Positions 39,107 through 48,862 of a DNA stretch of 54,594 nt are shown piece after piece. The translations under genes and the position numbers were made by a program. This DNA comes from Candidatus Falkowbacteria bacterium CG10_big_fil_rev_8_21_14_0_10_39_11 (GTDB taxonomy: Bacteria; Patescibacteriota; Patescibacteriia; UBA11705), in the NCBI GenBank assembly GCA_002773615.1, contig PFAP01000002.1, forward strand, positions 1 through 54,594, in the 5' to 3' direction. Position 1 is the first letter of the stretch. Each line of letters begins with the position of its first letter. The notes beneath the pieces were generated by a model that was not told where the DNA came from, ran no database searches, and was given only the letters and a program-made list of their open reading frames with translations.

Positions 39107-40192
39107 ATGATATATTCGGCTGATGGTGAAGACATTGGCGGAGCCATTTTGGGTTCTTTGGTTGTTGGCTGGATTATAATGGCGATTGTAAATGCGGTTG
39201 TGGAAGCAGTCTCAGCTGTTTTGTCAGCCGTTGGTACGGTTTTGATGTATATCGGGATTGGTATTGGTGGCGTGTTTGCCTTTGCGGCGGCTGTCGGATT
39301 ACTATATAGTATTGGCTGTTTCGCTTGGTGGTTGTTGGGCAGTTGGCGTGACAAGTGGCAAGATGCATTTTGGGATGGCCATGATTGGGATGATTTTGAC
39401 GACGTGGGTGATGTGATTAAATTGGTTTTTGTTGGTCTTCTTTCGCCAGTGATTCTGGTGATTACCTTGATTACATTGTTGATTGTAGCAATTGCTAAAG
39501 TGTTTGAAAGTTTTAACGAGTCTGATCAAAAGAGCACGAAAAGAAGTGTTGGAAGTTATAAGCCCAGTCCCGTTACCGCTTCGGTAAAAGCCACTACGAC
39601 TCAGATTCGAAGTGCTCCAGTCAAAACTGTTTATCAAGTATCTGGTCGTAAGTCAGTTGTAACGCCAGCAGTAAAAAAATCTGTTGTGGCTCAGCCGGTA
39701 GTCGTGGCAACGGTTTTGCCAGATGTTCAGTTGGATTTGGTTCAATTTGAACCGCAACAAATGCCAATGAAGTATCGTTTGATGAAAGTTGAGATTGATA
39801 AGATTGCTCAATTGGCAAAAAAAAGAGCCAATGAAATTCAGAAGATTGTTGACAGGTATCCTGAGGCTTTTTCTGAGGTGGGAAACGATGCGTTTTTGTT
39901 GGTCAACTGCACTTTGGCGAAAACGTTGTATGGTATTACTCCAAGGGATCAGGAGTATATCAAGCAAACGCCAGAACATTTGGCTGTGTATGAACGATTG
40001 GAAGATATGATGCGACAGTCAAAACAGGCTGCCGCTGATATCCCATCGGTTTTGAAAGCTTGGATTTTGCATATGAAAACATTTGTGCCCGGTTGTCGTC
40101 TGCAAGAAATACTTGATAAGTTGCGATCAGAGAATAAAGTTTTTGACACAGTGTGCAGATTGCGCAAAGCCTATGAGTCACTTAGTTGGTAA
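39107..40192 (+). CDS. membrane-anchored helical protein, paralog 2
   Basis: TM region, S/T/V/K linker, WILHMKTFVPG; AGGAGG SD. Confidence 0.75.
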   Translation: MIYSADGEDIGGAILGSLVVGWIIMAIVNAVVEAVSAVLSAVGTVLMYIGIGIGGVFAFAAAVGLLYSIGCFAWWLLGSWRDKWQDAFWDGHDWDDFDDVGDVIKLVFVGLLSPVILVITLITLLIVAIAKVFESFNESDQKSTKRSVGSYKPSPVTASVKATTTQIRSAPVKTVYQVSGRKSVVTPAVKKSVVAQPVVVATVLPDVQLDLVQFEPQQMPMKYRLMKVEIDKIAQLAKKRANEIQKIVDRYPEAFSEVGNDAFLLVNCTLAKTLYGITPRDQEYIKQTPEHLAVYERLEDMMRQSKQAAADIPSVLKAWILHMKTFVPGCRLQEILDKLRSENKVFDTVCRLRKAYESLSW

Positions 40193-40280
40193 AAAGCGAA
40201 TAATATTCGCTTTTTTTGATACTTGTAAATTATTGTTGTTTGTGTTATAAAGAAACGTAACAAACACAAAGGGGGTGGGC

Positions 40281-40913
40281 ATGTATCACGCCAAAAGCGC
40301 CGATGATGGAGTCGAGGGTATTGTTGCGGTGCTCATTGGTTTGGCTGTGGCTGGGTTTATTATGCGACATTTGTTGGCCTTGTTGATTATTATTGCTGTT
40401 GCAGCTATTATTTGGGGTGGATATGTGGTTTGGGCTAATAGATATAATCGTCAGTGTCATCGGTTTCATTTGACTAGATACAAGGCATATTTTTTGAAAC
40501 GTCAAGTTAATAAAAAGTTGAAGCATCTCAAGGTTCACCTTAATCTCCATCATAATATTTTGGCTGAGTTTCATGCTAGAGGTGAAATCTTGGTTATTTT
40601 TACTTTACCAGAACTAATTAAAGTTAATCATGAATTGGCAGCGGTGTGGAAAAGTCTTAGTGAGGATGATAGAAGACGGTTAAGATACACCGAGCAGAGT
40701 AAAAAAGCGCTGGTTGAGTTTGATGGAATTTTTGAATTGTCTTATCGTGGAGCTTTAGAAGTCAAGGATATATTGGTAACATGGTTGATTCAGATGAAAG
40801 CATTTACTCCGGGTGAAAGAACCAATGATTTGGTTCAAGGATTGAAAGCGGCTGACGATTTGGCTGATAGGGTTGAGGAATTGAAGAAGATTTATCGCAA
40901 CCTTCCTTTCTAA
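40281..40913 (+). CDS. membrane-anchored helical protein, paralog 3
   Basis: TM hairpin, WLIQMKAFTPG; GGGGGTG SD. Confidence 0.75.
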   Translation: MYHAKSADDGVEGIVAVLIGLAVAGFIMRHLLALLIIIAVAAIIWGGYVVWANRYNRQCHRFHLTRYKAYFLKRQVNKKLKHLKVHLNLHHNILAEFHARGEILVIFTLPELIKVNHELAAVWKSLSEDDRRRLRYTEQSKKALVEFDGIFELSYRGALEVKDILVTWLIQMKAFTPGERTNDLVQGLKAADDLADRVEELKKIYRNLPF

Positions 40914-40965
40914 GCGAATAATATTCGCTTTTTTTATTTTTTTAAGGTAAAATAAGGGTGAAAAT

Positions 40966-42858
40966 ATGAATAAAATTGCCCAAATTACTCCTTTACGAAA
41001 ATTGCCGCGAGACATTGATTTTTTTGATTATGAAATTCCTGAAATTTTAGCGGCAGCGGTCAAAGTCGGTTCTTTGGTTGAGGTACCATTTAAAAGTAGT
41101 GTGGTTCAGGGAGTGGTTATGGCGATCGTAAATACCAGCAAATTCAAAAAGTTGAGAGCTGTTACCGGAGTGATCGATTCTCAAGTGACAGTATCAGATT
41201 GGCAGGTAAAATTGATCAAATGGTTTGCTGAATACTATATGTATTCACTTTCCTCGGCTGTTAGAATGTTTGTACCTGAAAAACCGACACGGAAATATAC
41301 AGAGAAACCAAGCGTTGATAATTTCGCTAAAGTAGACACGGATTTGATGGTTGGTGCGGATGTACTTAGATTAAGAAAACTCTTGGTTACCAAGGGAAAA
41401 GAGCAAAATTTGATTATCAATCATGATCCGAACAAGAATGATCAGTTAATTTTATCTTTGATTGAACAAGTAATTGATTCAGACAAGCAGATTATCATAA
41501 TGGTGCCTCACGTGGAAAAAATCAAAGATATTCTCCAATTGATTCCGGCGAGATATAATCGCAAATTAGTGGTGATAAAAAGCTCATTATTCCGAAAAAA
41601 AAATGCTTGGCATAAAACTTGGCGTGATATTTATACTAACAAAAAGAATATCATTGTAGGCACTAGATCGGCGATATTAGTTCCGACCAATAAATTGACT
41701 TACATTTATATCAATGAAGCTGAGTCAGTCGATTATAAAAATTGGGATCAAAATCCACGGTATGATGCGATCAATGTGGCTGCCAAGTTGGCGTCTTTGA
41801 CTAAAGCCAAGTTGATTATCAGCTCGGCAGCGCCCAATATTGAGACTTATCAGCCGATTGCGGTGAATAAACAACCGATAATTACTTTGGGGAAAAATTT
41901 GACACCACAAGAATTGCAAATTATTGATTTTAAAAGTGTCAGACGCAACGAATTTACCTATTACAGCCCGCAACTGATTGAGAATATAAAAAAAAGCTTG
42001 GCTGAAGACAAAAGAGTCATCTTGTTTTTGAATAAAAGGGGCTATTCCAGTCAAACTAGATGCAATAAGTGTGATTTTACTTTAAAATGTCCTAGTTGCT
42101 CATTGCCATTGGTTGGAATCCATCAACAGATGGTCTGTTATCATTGTAAACACAAGCAACCAATGACAAGCAAATGTCCAAAATGTAACAAGGGTGAATT
42201 GAAAGATTTGGGTATTGGGATTGATCAGGTGGCTGACAATTTGAAGCAAATTTTCCCAGATGTCAGTTTGGATGATCCAACAGCCAAGATTTATCTCGCT
42301 ACGACCCTGCCTGCCAAAAAAAGTGTCTTCAAACAAGTTGGATTTATTGGTGTGATCACGTGGGACAGTATGCTTTATATAGCGGATTTTCGGCTCGCCA
42401 CTCGGTTTTACCAGCAGTTGTGGACACTTTGTTATCTCAAACGAAAGTGGGCTCCCACAGCCAAAATATTGCTTCAGACAGCTCTACCGGAATCCCAAAC
42501 ATTTCATAATATTTATCAGGATTATTCTCGGTATTATTCTGAAGAATTAGGGAAACGAAAGCTGTTCTCTTATCCGCCATATTCAAAGTTAATGCTAATA
42601 TTTATTCAAAATAAGGTAAAAAATATCTGCCAACAAGAAGCAAATGAAATTTACCAGCAATTGATGTCACAATTTGGTTCAGTTCAAGCAATCAAGGCTT
42701 CAGCGCCATATTTTGCTCATCGACAGATGGTGAGAGGACAATATCGGTGCAATATTTTGCTAAAAATACAGGGTGATGATCAGATTATTCGTGCTTGGCT
42801 CAAGGATAAGTTGCCAGATTATTGGACCATTGACATTGACCCGATAAATGTAGTATAA
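40966..42858 (+). CDS. priA: primosomal protein N' (degenerate helicase motifs)
   Basis: FDY..P N-domain, VGTRSA, Q.PRYDA, LFLNKRGYS, four CxxC pairs, YPPY, IDIDP. Confidence 0.9.
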   Translation: MNKIAQITPLRKLPRDIDFFDYEIPEILAAAVKVGSLVEVPFKSSVVQGVVMAIVNTSKFKKLRAVTGVIDSQVTVSDWQVKLIKWFAEYYMYSLSSAVRMFVPEKPTRKYTEKPSVDNFAKVDTDLMVGADVLRLRKLLVTKGKEQNLIINHDPNKNDQLILSLIEQVIDSDKQIIIMVPHVEKIKDILQLIPARYNRKLVVIKSSLFRKKNAWHKTWRDIYTNKKNIIVGTRSAILVPTNKLTYIYINEAESVDYKNWDQNPRYDAINVAAKLASLTKAKLIISSAAPNIETYQPIAVNKQPIITLGKNLTPQELQIIDFKSVRRNEFTYYSPQLIENIKKSLAEDKRVILFLNKRGYSSQTRCNKCDFTLKCPSCSLPLVGIHQQMVCYHCKHKQPMTSKCPKCNKGELKDLGIGIDQVADNLKQIFPDVSLDDPTAKIYLATTLPAKKSVFKQVGFIGVITWDSMLYIADFRLATRFYQQLWTLCYLKRKWAPTAKILLQTALPESQTFHNIYQDYSRYYSEELGKRKLFSYPPYSKLMLIFIQNKVKNICQQEANEIYQQLMSQFGSVQAIKASAPYFAHRQMVRGQYRCNILLKIQGDDQIIRAWLKDKLPDYWTIDIDPINVV

Positions 42859-42917
42859 TAAGAGCGAAAAGCGCAAAGATTGTAACTTTTTTAATTTCGA
42901 AAAAACGATCCAAATAT

Positions 42918-43409
42918 ATGATATTACCGGTAATTACATATCCAAATAAAAATCTCAGAAAAAAGTCTGAAGAGCTTTCAGTTGAGAAAATTGCTTCACC
43001 GGAAGTCCAGTCTTTCATTACTGATTTGATTGAAACGATGCTGAAAGAAGACGGTTTAGGTTTGGCGGCGGTTCAAGTTGACAAGCATTGGCGTATATTT
43101 GCGGTCGCGACCGAAGATGGACCGATGGTCTTTATTAACCCCAAAATTTCTTTCAAGTCTTGGTTCAAGGAAATGGATGAAGAAGGTTGTCTATCAATTC
43201 CTGGTGTTTTTGGTACAGTCAAAAGACCCAAAGCAGTTATTATCAAATCGCTGGATCGAAATGGAGAAAAAGTTTCCATGAAAGCGACCGGTTTATTTGC
43301 TCGAGTTATTCAACATGAATTTGATCACGTCAATGGAGATTTGTTTATTGATAAAATTCAGACCGTAACTCGAGGGCAAGAAATCTTGGATGAAATGAAA
43401 GCGAAGTAA
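42918..43409 (+). CDS. def: peptide deformylase
   Basis: GLGLAAVQ, EGCLSIPG, QHEFDH. Confidence 0.97.
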   Translation: MILPVITYPNKNLRKKSEELSVEKIASPEVQSFITDLIETMLKEDGLGLAAVQVDKHWRIFAVATEDGPMVFINPKISFKSWFKEMDEEGCLSIPGVFGTVKRPKAVIIKSLDRNGEKVSMKATGLFARVIQHEFDHVNGDLFIDKIQTVTRGQEILDEMKAK

Positions 43410-43444
43410 TTCATTACCGATAAACATAAGTTTATATTACATTT

Positions 43445-44422
43445 ATGCCAGAAACGAATAAAAGAAAAATAGTTTTTATGGGCACATCAGAATTTGCTGT
43501 ACCTATTTTGAAATCTTTGAATGATTGTTATGACGTAGTTTTGGTCGTCGTTTCACCAGATAAGCCGACCGGACGAAAACAAGCAATTACTCCCCCGCCG
43601 GTCAAGATCCTCGCGAACGAATTGGGCTTGAAAGTTGAACAACCAACTAAATTACGAGGCAATGAAGAGTTTTTTAATACATTGAAAAAAGTTAACCCGG
43701 AAGTAATTGTCGTGGTTGCTTATGGGAAGATTTTACCGGCGGAGATTATCAATTTACCTGAACATGGATGTATCAATGTTCATGGATCTATTTTGCCAAA
43801 ATATCGTGGACCCTCACCGATTCAGACAGCTCTTATCAATGGCGAGAAAGAAACCGGTATTTCATTTATTTTAATGGATTTGGGTATGGATACTGGTGAT
43901 GTTATTCGTAAGTATTCAATCAATATAGAATCGGAAGATGATTTTAACTCTTTGAGCGGAAAATTGTCAGCATTATCAGCGGAAAAGGTTTGTAAGGTTG
44001 TCGAGCAATATGTTAACGGTGATACAAATTTGGAGATGCAAGAAGATGATGAGGCGACATATTGCTACAAGATCACTGAAACAATGGGGCGGATTCAATG
44101 GTCGCTATCAGCTCGAGCGATTGCCAACAGAATCCGAGCGATTGGCGGGAAAGTCGGCGTTTATACATTTTTTGATGAAAAAAGATTGAGAATTATTGAA
44201 GCCGAAGGTGTTGATAGTCATTGTGTAAAAGATAATGCCAGTATTTCGGTCGGAACGGTGTTTCAAGGCGTTGATCCTGAGACAAATATAAAAATGGTCT
44301 GTGTCAAATGCGGGAAAGGCCGGTTGATATTGAAAAAAGTCCAGCTTGAAGGCAGGCAGCCGATGGCTATCAAAGATTTTGTCAATGGACAACAGAAATT
44401 TGTTGGTAGTGTGTTGTCATAA
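43445..44422 (+). CDS. fmt: methionyl-tRNA formyltransferase
   Basis: VFMGTSEFA, VVAYGKIL, NVHGSILPKYRGPSPI, MDTGD. Confidence 0.97.
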   Translation: MPETNKRKIVFMGTSEFAVPILKSLNDCYDVVLVVVSPDKPTGRKQAITPPPVKILANELGLKVEQPTKLRGNEEFFNTLKKVNPEVIVVVAYGKILPAEIINLPEHGCINVHGSILPKYRGPSPIQTALINGEKETGISFILMDLGMDTGDVIRKYSINIESEDDFNSLSGKLSALSAEKVCKVVEQYVNGDTNLEMQEDDEATYCYKITETMGRIQWSLSARAIANRIRAIGGKVGVYTFFDEKRLRIIEAEGVDSHCVKDNASISVGTVFQGVDPETNIKMVCVKCGKGRLILKKVQLEGRQPMAIKDFVNGQQKFVGSVLS

Positions 44423-44654
44423 AATATTAAACAAATTATGAGAATTCAACTTTCAGGTTGTGCGATTGTTAATGAAAAAGGAGATTGGAACCCTATTCAA
44501 TACAGCAAGATGCAATGACAAAAGACCAAGGATCACTTATTGTAAGAATCCCACCCAAAGGACAAGCAACTTATAGAACTTGGTTTAGTCAAGGTAAGTT
44601 AGGACTGAACAGTAAATAATTTATAATTGTGAAACCTCAAATATTAATTATTTT

Positions 44655-45038
44655 ATGTCAAAAACAATATTAGTTGATGCGTGGCAGACTTTTGTGCTTG
44701 AAACGGGTGTTTTTACCGAAATGAAAGCTATTTTGGATGCTTTTGATAGTCGTAAAATTATTGTCACCAATGCCAATAAAGAGGAAAAGGCAAAGCTTGG
44801 TATTGTAAATATGCCGTATGAGGTATATTCCTTGAATCATGAGCCAGACAAGATTGATCCAGACTATTTTAAACAGTTGTTGGTACACTATTCCCTATCA
44901 CCAAACGAGGTGATTTATTTTGAGCGAAGTGAGGAATCAGTCAAGGCAGCTGAATCACTGGGAATCAAATCTTTTTGGTATAATGAAGATGAAAAAGATT
45001 TGAAAGCATTGAAGCAGTTTTTGACAGAGAACGTTTGA
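44655..45038 (+). CDS. HAD-like hydrolase
   Basis: ILVDA, VTNA, K.DPDYF, AAESLGI. Confidence 0.7.
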   Translation: MSKTILVDAWQTFVLETGVFTEMKAILDAFDSRKIIVTNANKEEKAKLGIVNMPYEVYSLNHEPDKIDPDYFKQLLVHYSLSPNEVIYFERSEESVKAAESLGIKSFWYNEDEKDLKALKQFLTENV

Positions 45039-45058
45039 GTGCGTTGGCAGGCGAATGG

Positions 45059-45086
45059 AGATTCCTGATCAAGTCCGGAATGACAA
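45059..45086. repeat. REP-like hairpin GATTCCTGATCAAGTCCGGAATGACA
   Basis: palindrome ending in TGACA, as in the other elements of this type. Confidence 0.55.
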
Positions 45087-45113
45087 AGTGTGTTTTTATA
45101 TTAATTTGAAAAT

Positions 45114-45548
45114 ATGAACTACAAACATACACAGATTGGCTACTTGATGATTTACGTCATGGTGGCGTTGGTTTCTTATTTTGCATTTATTTTGATACAA
45201 ATTGGTTTTGATGGATCGATTTTTTTTGCCTTGGCAATTATCTTGGCGCTGATTGCTTCTTTTGTGTCTTTGACGGTGACTATTGATTCTGATTCTCTCC
45301 GAATAAAGTTTGGTTATGGTCTTTATAAAAAGAGTTTTAAGCTCAAAAAAATAGCCTCGGTCAAAATCGTAAAAAATCATTGGTACTTTGGTTGGGGCAT
45401 TCGAGTGTGGTTCTGGCCATACATGAGAATTTTTAATATTTCTGGTTTTGATGCGGTGGAAATAATTATGAGCGACGGTAAAATTTTTAGAATTGGCACA
45501 GATGAACCAAAACAGCTGGAACAAGCTTTGATTCAGGTGATTAAATAA
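45114..45548 (+). CDS. membrane protein with bacterial PH-like domain
   Basis: 2 TM, GWGIR and IGTDEP motifs. Confidence 0.7.
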   Translation: MNYKHTQIGYLMIYVMVALVSYFAFILIQIGFDGSIFFALAIILALIASFVSLTVTIDSDSLRIKFGYGLYKKSFKLKKIASVKIVKNHWYFGWGIRVWFWPYMRIFNISGFDAVEIIMSDGKIFRIGTDEPKQLEQALIQVIK

Positions 45549-45571
45549 TTTGATTGAAAATATTAACCATT

Positions 45572-45886
45572 ATGAAAATCAAAAATGTCAAGGAATTGAC
45601 CCGAGCTCAGATGGTTTCAGAATTAAAACATGGAGGCAAACTGGTGATGTTTCAATATTGTGTGTCCGGGTTGGTTGTAACTTTTAAAAGAGGCAGCGCG
45701 GTTTATTTTATCAGACAGGGTGAATCTACAACTCGACATAGTTTGATTTATATTTTGATATCTTTTTTGTTTGGTTGGTGGGGCGTGCCATGGGGGCCGA
45801 TTCATACAGTGGCGGCTATTTTTACCAACTTACGAGGCGGTAAAGACGTTACGGCTAAATTACTTGAAGTTTTAGATGTAAACTAA
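45572..45886 (+). CDS. conserved hypothetical membrane protein
   Basis: FGWWGVPWGP and NLRGGKDVT motifs. Confidence 0.7.
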   Translation: MKIKNVKELTRAQMVSELKHGGKLVMFQYCVSGLVVTFKRGSAVYFIRQGESTTRHSLIYILISFLFGWWGVPWGPIHTVAAIFTNLRGGKDVTAKLLEVLDVN

Positions 45887-45894
45887 ATTTTTAT

Positions 45895-46149
45895 ATGAAA
45901 AAAACTAAACGAAAATGGGATGTTCTGTCTAAAGACAGAAGACGAACCTGCATCAATGAAATTATTACTTTTTTTTATAAAAGTCGTGATGAAGAGATTG
46001 GCATGATTGCGGCAGAAGAGATTTTAGATTATTTCCTGGAACATATTAGTGGTCATGTTTACAATCGGGCTATTAGAGATTGTCAGGAATTATTAAAAAA
46101 ACGATTTGATGACTTTGAATTGGATTTAGATTTATTAATTAATAAGTAA
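45895..46149 (+). CDS. DUF2164-like small protein
   Basis: EEIGMIAAEEILDYF...YNRAI.D pattern. Confidence 0.7.
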   Translation: MKKTKRKWDVLSKDRRRTCINEIITFFYKSRDEEIGMIAAEEILDYFLEHISGHVYNRAIRDCQELLKKRFDDFELDLDLLINK

Positions 46150-46161
46150 TAAAAAGAATAT

Positions 46162-46670
46162 ATGAAAATGAGGTTTTTTTCTTGATTGTTTTTGTGTTGC
46201 TAATTGGTTTGACCGGTTGTGTTGTTTTGGATAATCAATCACAAGATAATAAAACCGGGATTGAAGTGAATGAAGTCGCAAATGGTAAAAAACTTGATTT
46301 AAGTGGATAGAATATTGAGAATATTCTAAAAGATACTTTTTCTCAAACAAGTTTAACAGAATTGAATGTTTCTAATAGTCGGCTGACCGGTTCGATACCG
46401 GCGGAAATTCGTCACTTGAACAATTTAATCATACTAAGAGCTAATAACAATCAAATGACCGGAGTGCCGGCCGAGATTGGTCAATTGAAAAACTTACAGG
46501 TATTGGATTTATCAAACAATCAATTGACGGGGTTGCCGCTTGAATTGGGAAATTTGAGTGATTTGAAAGCATTACATTTGAGTGGGAATAATTATTCCAC
46601 CTATGATTTAGACTTGATTAAAAAGCAATTGCCCAGTGATGTCCAACAATTTTGTAATAATCTGTTATGA
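46162..46670 (+). pseudogene. leucine-rich-repeat lipoprotein pseudogene
   Basis: ATG 46162 is out of frame with the signal peptide/LTGC lipobox; in-frame TAG at 46308-10; then LRRs (LTGVPAEIGQLKNLQVLDLSNN). Confidence 0.7.
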
Positions 46671-47023
46671 AACAAATATTTAAAATTCCTACTTGGTTTT
46701 ATGGTGGTTTGGTGAGTCTGTTAATCATTGGGCTACTGTATTATTTTAATTCCATTGTTCAAGATCGTGGGTTAGTCGGTTCTGTAGAACAAACATTGGC
46801 GGCGATTGTTCAGGGTATATTTTTGATCGTTACCATCCCGTTGTATATTGTTTTTTCTTATATTGGGTTTGCGCTTGATGCCATACTTCACACCGGCGTT
46901 GGGTATGAATCTTTGGGAGTATTTGCTTCTGGTATTCTTTTTATAAAAATCGTAAGTGTAATTTATTATTTTGCTTTTGGGGCGCTGAGTGTGGTAATTT
47001 ATAAAAAGATAAAGAATAGTTAA
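46667..47023 (+). CDS. membrane protein
   Basis: three hydrophobic segments. Confidence 0.65.
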   Translation: MKQIFKIPTWFYGGLVSLLIIGLLYYFNSIVQDRGLVGSVEQTLAAIVQGIFLIVTIPLYIVFSYIGFALDAILHTGVGYESLGVFASGILFIKIVSVIYYFAFGALSVVIYKKIKNS

Positions 47024-47098
47024 TCAACGGGTTGACGATAATGTGGTTATTTGTTAAGCTCAATTATCAATAATGTTCCTTTCAAACAAGGAGGTCGT

Positions 47099-47389
47099 AT
47101 GAGAACCAGATGGTCGGCAATGACTATTCTAATTGCTGTGCTTGTTGTAATAATGATGATGTTCGTCGGTTGTACTCCGGGCGGATGTATTGGTGCTTTC
47201 CTTGGAGTATTGATTATGTCTTTGATCTTTGCGGCTATAGCTGGCGTGATACCTTTTGTTGGACCGACCATTGCTATCGTTGTTTTCTTTGGCTTTATGT
47301 GGCATGCATTTAGTGCCGGTGATTCGCCGGTCAAGAAATATTGCGGTTGTAGCAGCGTTTGTTCAGAAGTTTCTGACCCAGGGAGGTAA
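47099..47389 (+). CDS. small Cys-containing membrane (lipo)protein, paralog A
   Basis: AAGGAGG SD; FVGC lipobox-like; IPFVGPTI; CGCS. Confidence 0.7.
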   Translation: MRTRWSAMTILIAVLVVIMMMFVGCTPGGCIGAFLGVLIMSLIFAAIAGVIPFVGPTIAIVVFFGFMWHAFSAGDSPVKKYCGCSSVCSEVSDPGR

Positions 47390-47392
47390 ATA

Positions 47393-47740
47393 ATGAAGTT
47401 AAAAACGTGGGGTAAATCTTCCTTGATGATAGCTATCTTATTGATGATGCTCAGCATGACTTCGTGTCAGATGGAACATTGTGCTGCTCATCTAATCGGA
47501 ATGATTATTGGAAGCCTCCTATTCTTTTGGCTTTGTTGTATTATTCCAATTGTGGGGCCGACAATTGGGATCGTGTTAATCATTGGTGTTTGGTCTGATG
47601 ATTGTAATAACGATCGATCTTTGACGCAAACTCAGTGTGGCTGTAGTGCGGCTTGTGATGAATATGATTATCCTCAAGAACAAAAGCTCTTGTACGAAGA
47701 TGAAGAAGGTCCGGATCCAGTTGATGGTACGGCCTTTTGA
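47393..47740 (+). CDS. small Cys-containing membrane (lipo)protein, paralog B
   Basis: GGGAGG SD; MTSC lipobox-like; IPIVGPTI; CGCS; acidic tail. Confidence 0.7.
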   Translation: MKLKTWGKSSLMIAILLMMLSMTSCQMEHCAAHLIGMIIGSLLFFWLCCIIPIVGPTIGIVLIIGVWSDDCNNDRSLTQTQCGCSAACDEYDYPQEQKLLYEDEEGPDPVDGTAF

Positions 47741-47837
47741 AAAGAATAAAAATACAATCGAAACATCGATTGTTTTATTTTAGGTAAAAATTTAGTATAA
47801 TGGTATTGAAACAGTGAACAGTTATCAGTTGATTGGT

Positions 47838-47917
47838 GATGTTAAAATTAACCTGCCTGCCTACTCGCCTCGTATAGCTTCAGCGAAGCGGGCCGGCAGG
47901 CAGGCTCAGCATGATAA
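47838..47917. repeat. nested palindromic intergenic elements
   Basis: CCTGCCTGCC...CCGGCAGGCAGG split by another GC-rich hairpin, inside a GATG.....CTCAGCATGATA element. Confidence 0.6.
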
Positions 47918-47936
47918 ATATAAATATTACGAAACT

Positions 47937-48410
47937 ATGAATAAACAAATTAAAGCAATTCTGACTGACTTTTCTTGGGTGTTATTATTCCCAAAGGATG
48001 AAAAATTCACTGGCAAACTCAATGCTTTTTATGAAAAATTGAAAGAAGACAGCGAATTTGATTTTTGGGATTACTTTAAATTGAATGATGAACTTTTGAA
48101 TTTTTATAAAAATAGTCCTTTGGATGTTTATGTGTTTACTTCTGCTTATATTCAAGAACACCCCCCATTGGCTGCCAAGTTGGACGGATTTTTTAAGGAA
48201 ACTTTTAGCGCAGCGCGTTTGAATCTAAAAAAAACCGAGTCAGATAGTTATAAAACCCTGGCCGTTGAAATAAATTTGAAACCGGAAGAAATTTTATTCA
48301 TTGATGACCGACCAGAGCATAATGTGGCCGCCAAAGAAGCTGGAATGGTGGCGATTCAATATCAATCAAACGAACAGGTTATGCGAGAGGTTGATAAGAT
48401 TATTAATTGA
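47937..48410 (+). CDS. HAD family hydrolase
   Basis: IKAILTDFSWVL, FTS, ILFIDD...NV.AA...GM. Confidence 0.85.
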   Translation: MNKQIKAILTDFSWVLLFPKDEKFTGKLNAFYEKLKEDSEFDFWDYFKLNDELLNFYKNSPLDVYVFTSAYIQEHPPLAAKLDGFFKETFSAARLNLKKTESDSYKTLAVEINLKPEEILFIDDRPEHNVAAKEAGMVAIQYQSNEQVMREVDKIIN

Positions 48411-48418
48411 CATTAAAT

Positions 48419-48820
48419 ATGAAAAAAGCAATCCAAATTTTATTAATAACAATTCTGGTGATAATTGTTGCGATAATTGTGGTTTTTGCCTTTGATATTT
48501 TTGATTATAGAACCAAGTTTATCAGTAAGACGGTAAATACGTTTTTAAGTAAAAATATCGAGGATTATACTCCGCTAGATCAGCTTGAAAAATCAGACGG
48601 AACCATTCCCGAGTCTAATGATTTGCACCCATTGTTAAATTCAGAACAAGAAAAAACATTAACCGAACTGGGTGTGAATGTTAGCCAGCTGCCGACTGAA
48701 TTAACCGCAGATGATCAAGAATGTTTGGTTGAAGTTTTGGGACAAACTCGATTTCAAGAATTGTACAACGGTGCGACTCCCGGAGCAGTGGATCTGATTA
48801 AGGCAAAAAAATGTTTTTAA
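48419..48820 (+). CDS. membrane-anchored hypothetical protein
   Basis: N-terminal TM; C-terminal Cys pair. Confidence 0.7.
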   Translation: MKKAIQILLITILVIIVAIIVVFAFDIFDYRTKFISKTVNTFLSKNIEDYTPLDQLEKSDGTIPESNDLHPLLNSEQEKTLTELGVNVSQLPTELTADDQECLVEVLGQTRFQELYNGATPGAVDLIKAKKCF

Positions 48821-48862
48821 AAAAATAATTTGTGCCTTCACAGGTTAAATTTAATATTAAAT

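Larger units (their letters stand above)
39022..40935 (+). repeat. three copies of terminator AAGCGAAT-AA(C/T)-ATTCGCTT-T(n) at ~39022, ~40194 and ~40912
   Basis: near-identical hairpins directly at each paralog stop codon. Confidence 0.85.

Noticed and set aside
39022-40935. Repeated AAGCGAAT...ATTCGCTT as CRISPR repeats or attC sites
   Set aside because: Spacing is gene-sized, the shape is a hairpin plus T-run terminator, and no cas or integron integrase is present
44438-44620. Short NUDIX-like start (MRIQLSGCAIVNEKG) joined to unrelated A/C-rich sequence
   Set aside because: Too short to assign; probably gene remnants, and no IR or duplication seen
47814-47936. N-terminal extension of the HAD ORF given in the ORF track
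   Set aside because: It translates the nested repeat element; the real start is more likely ATG 47937
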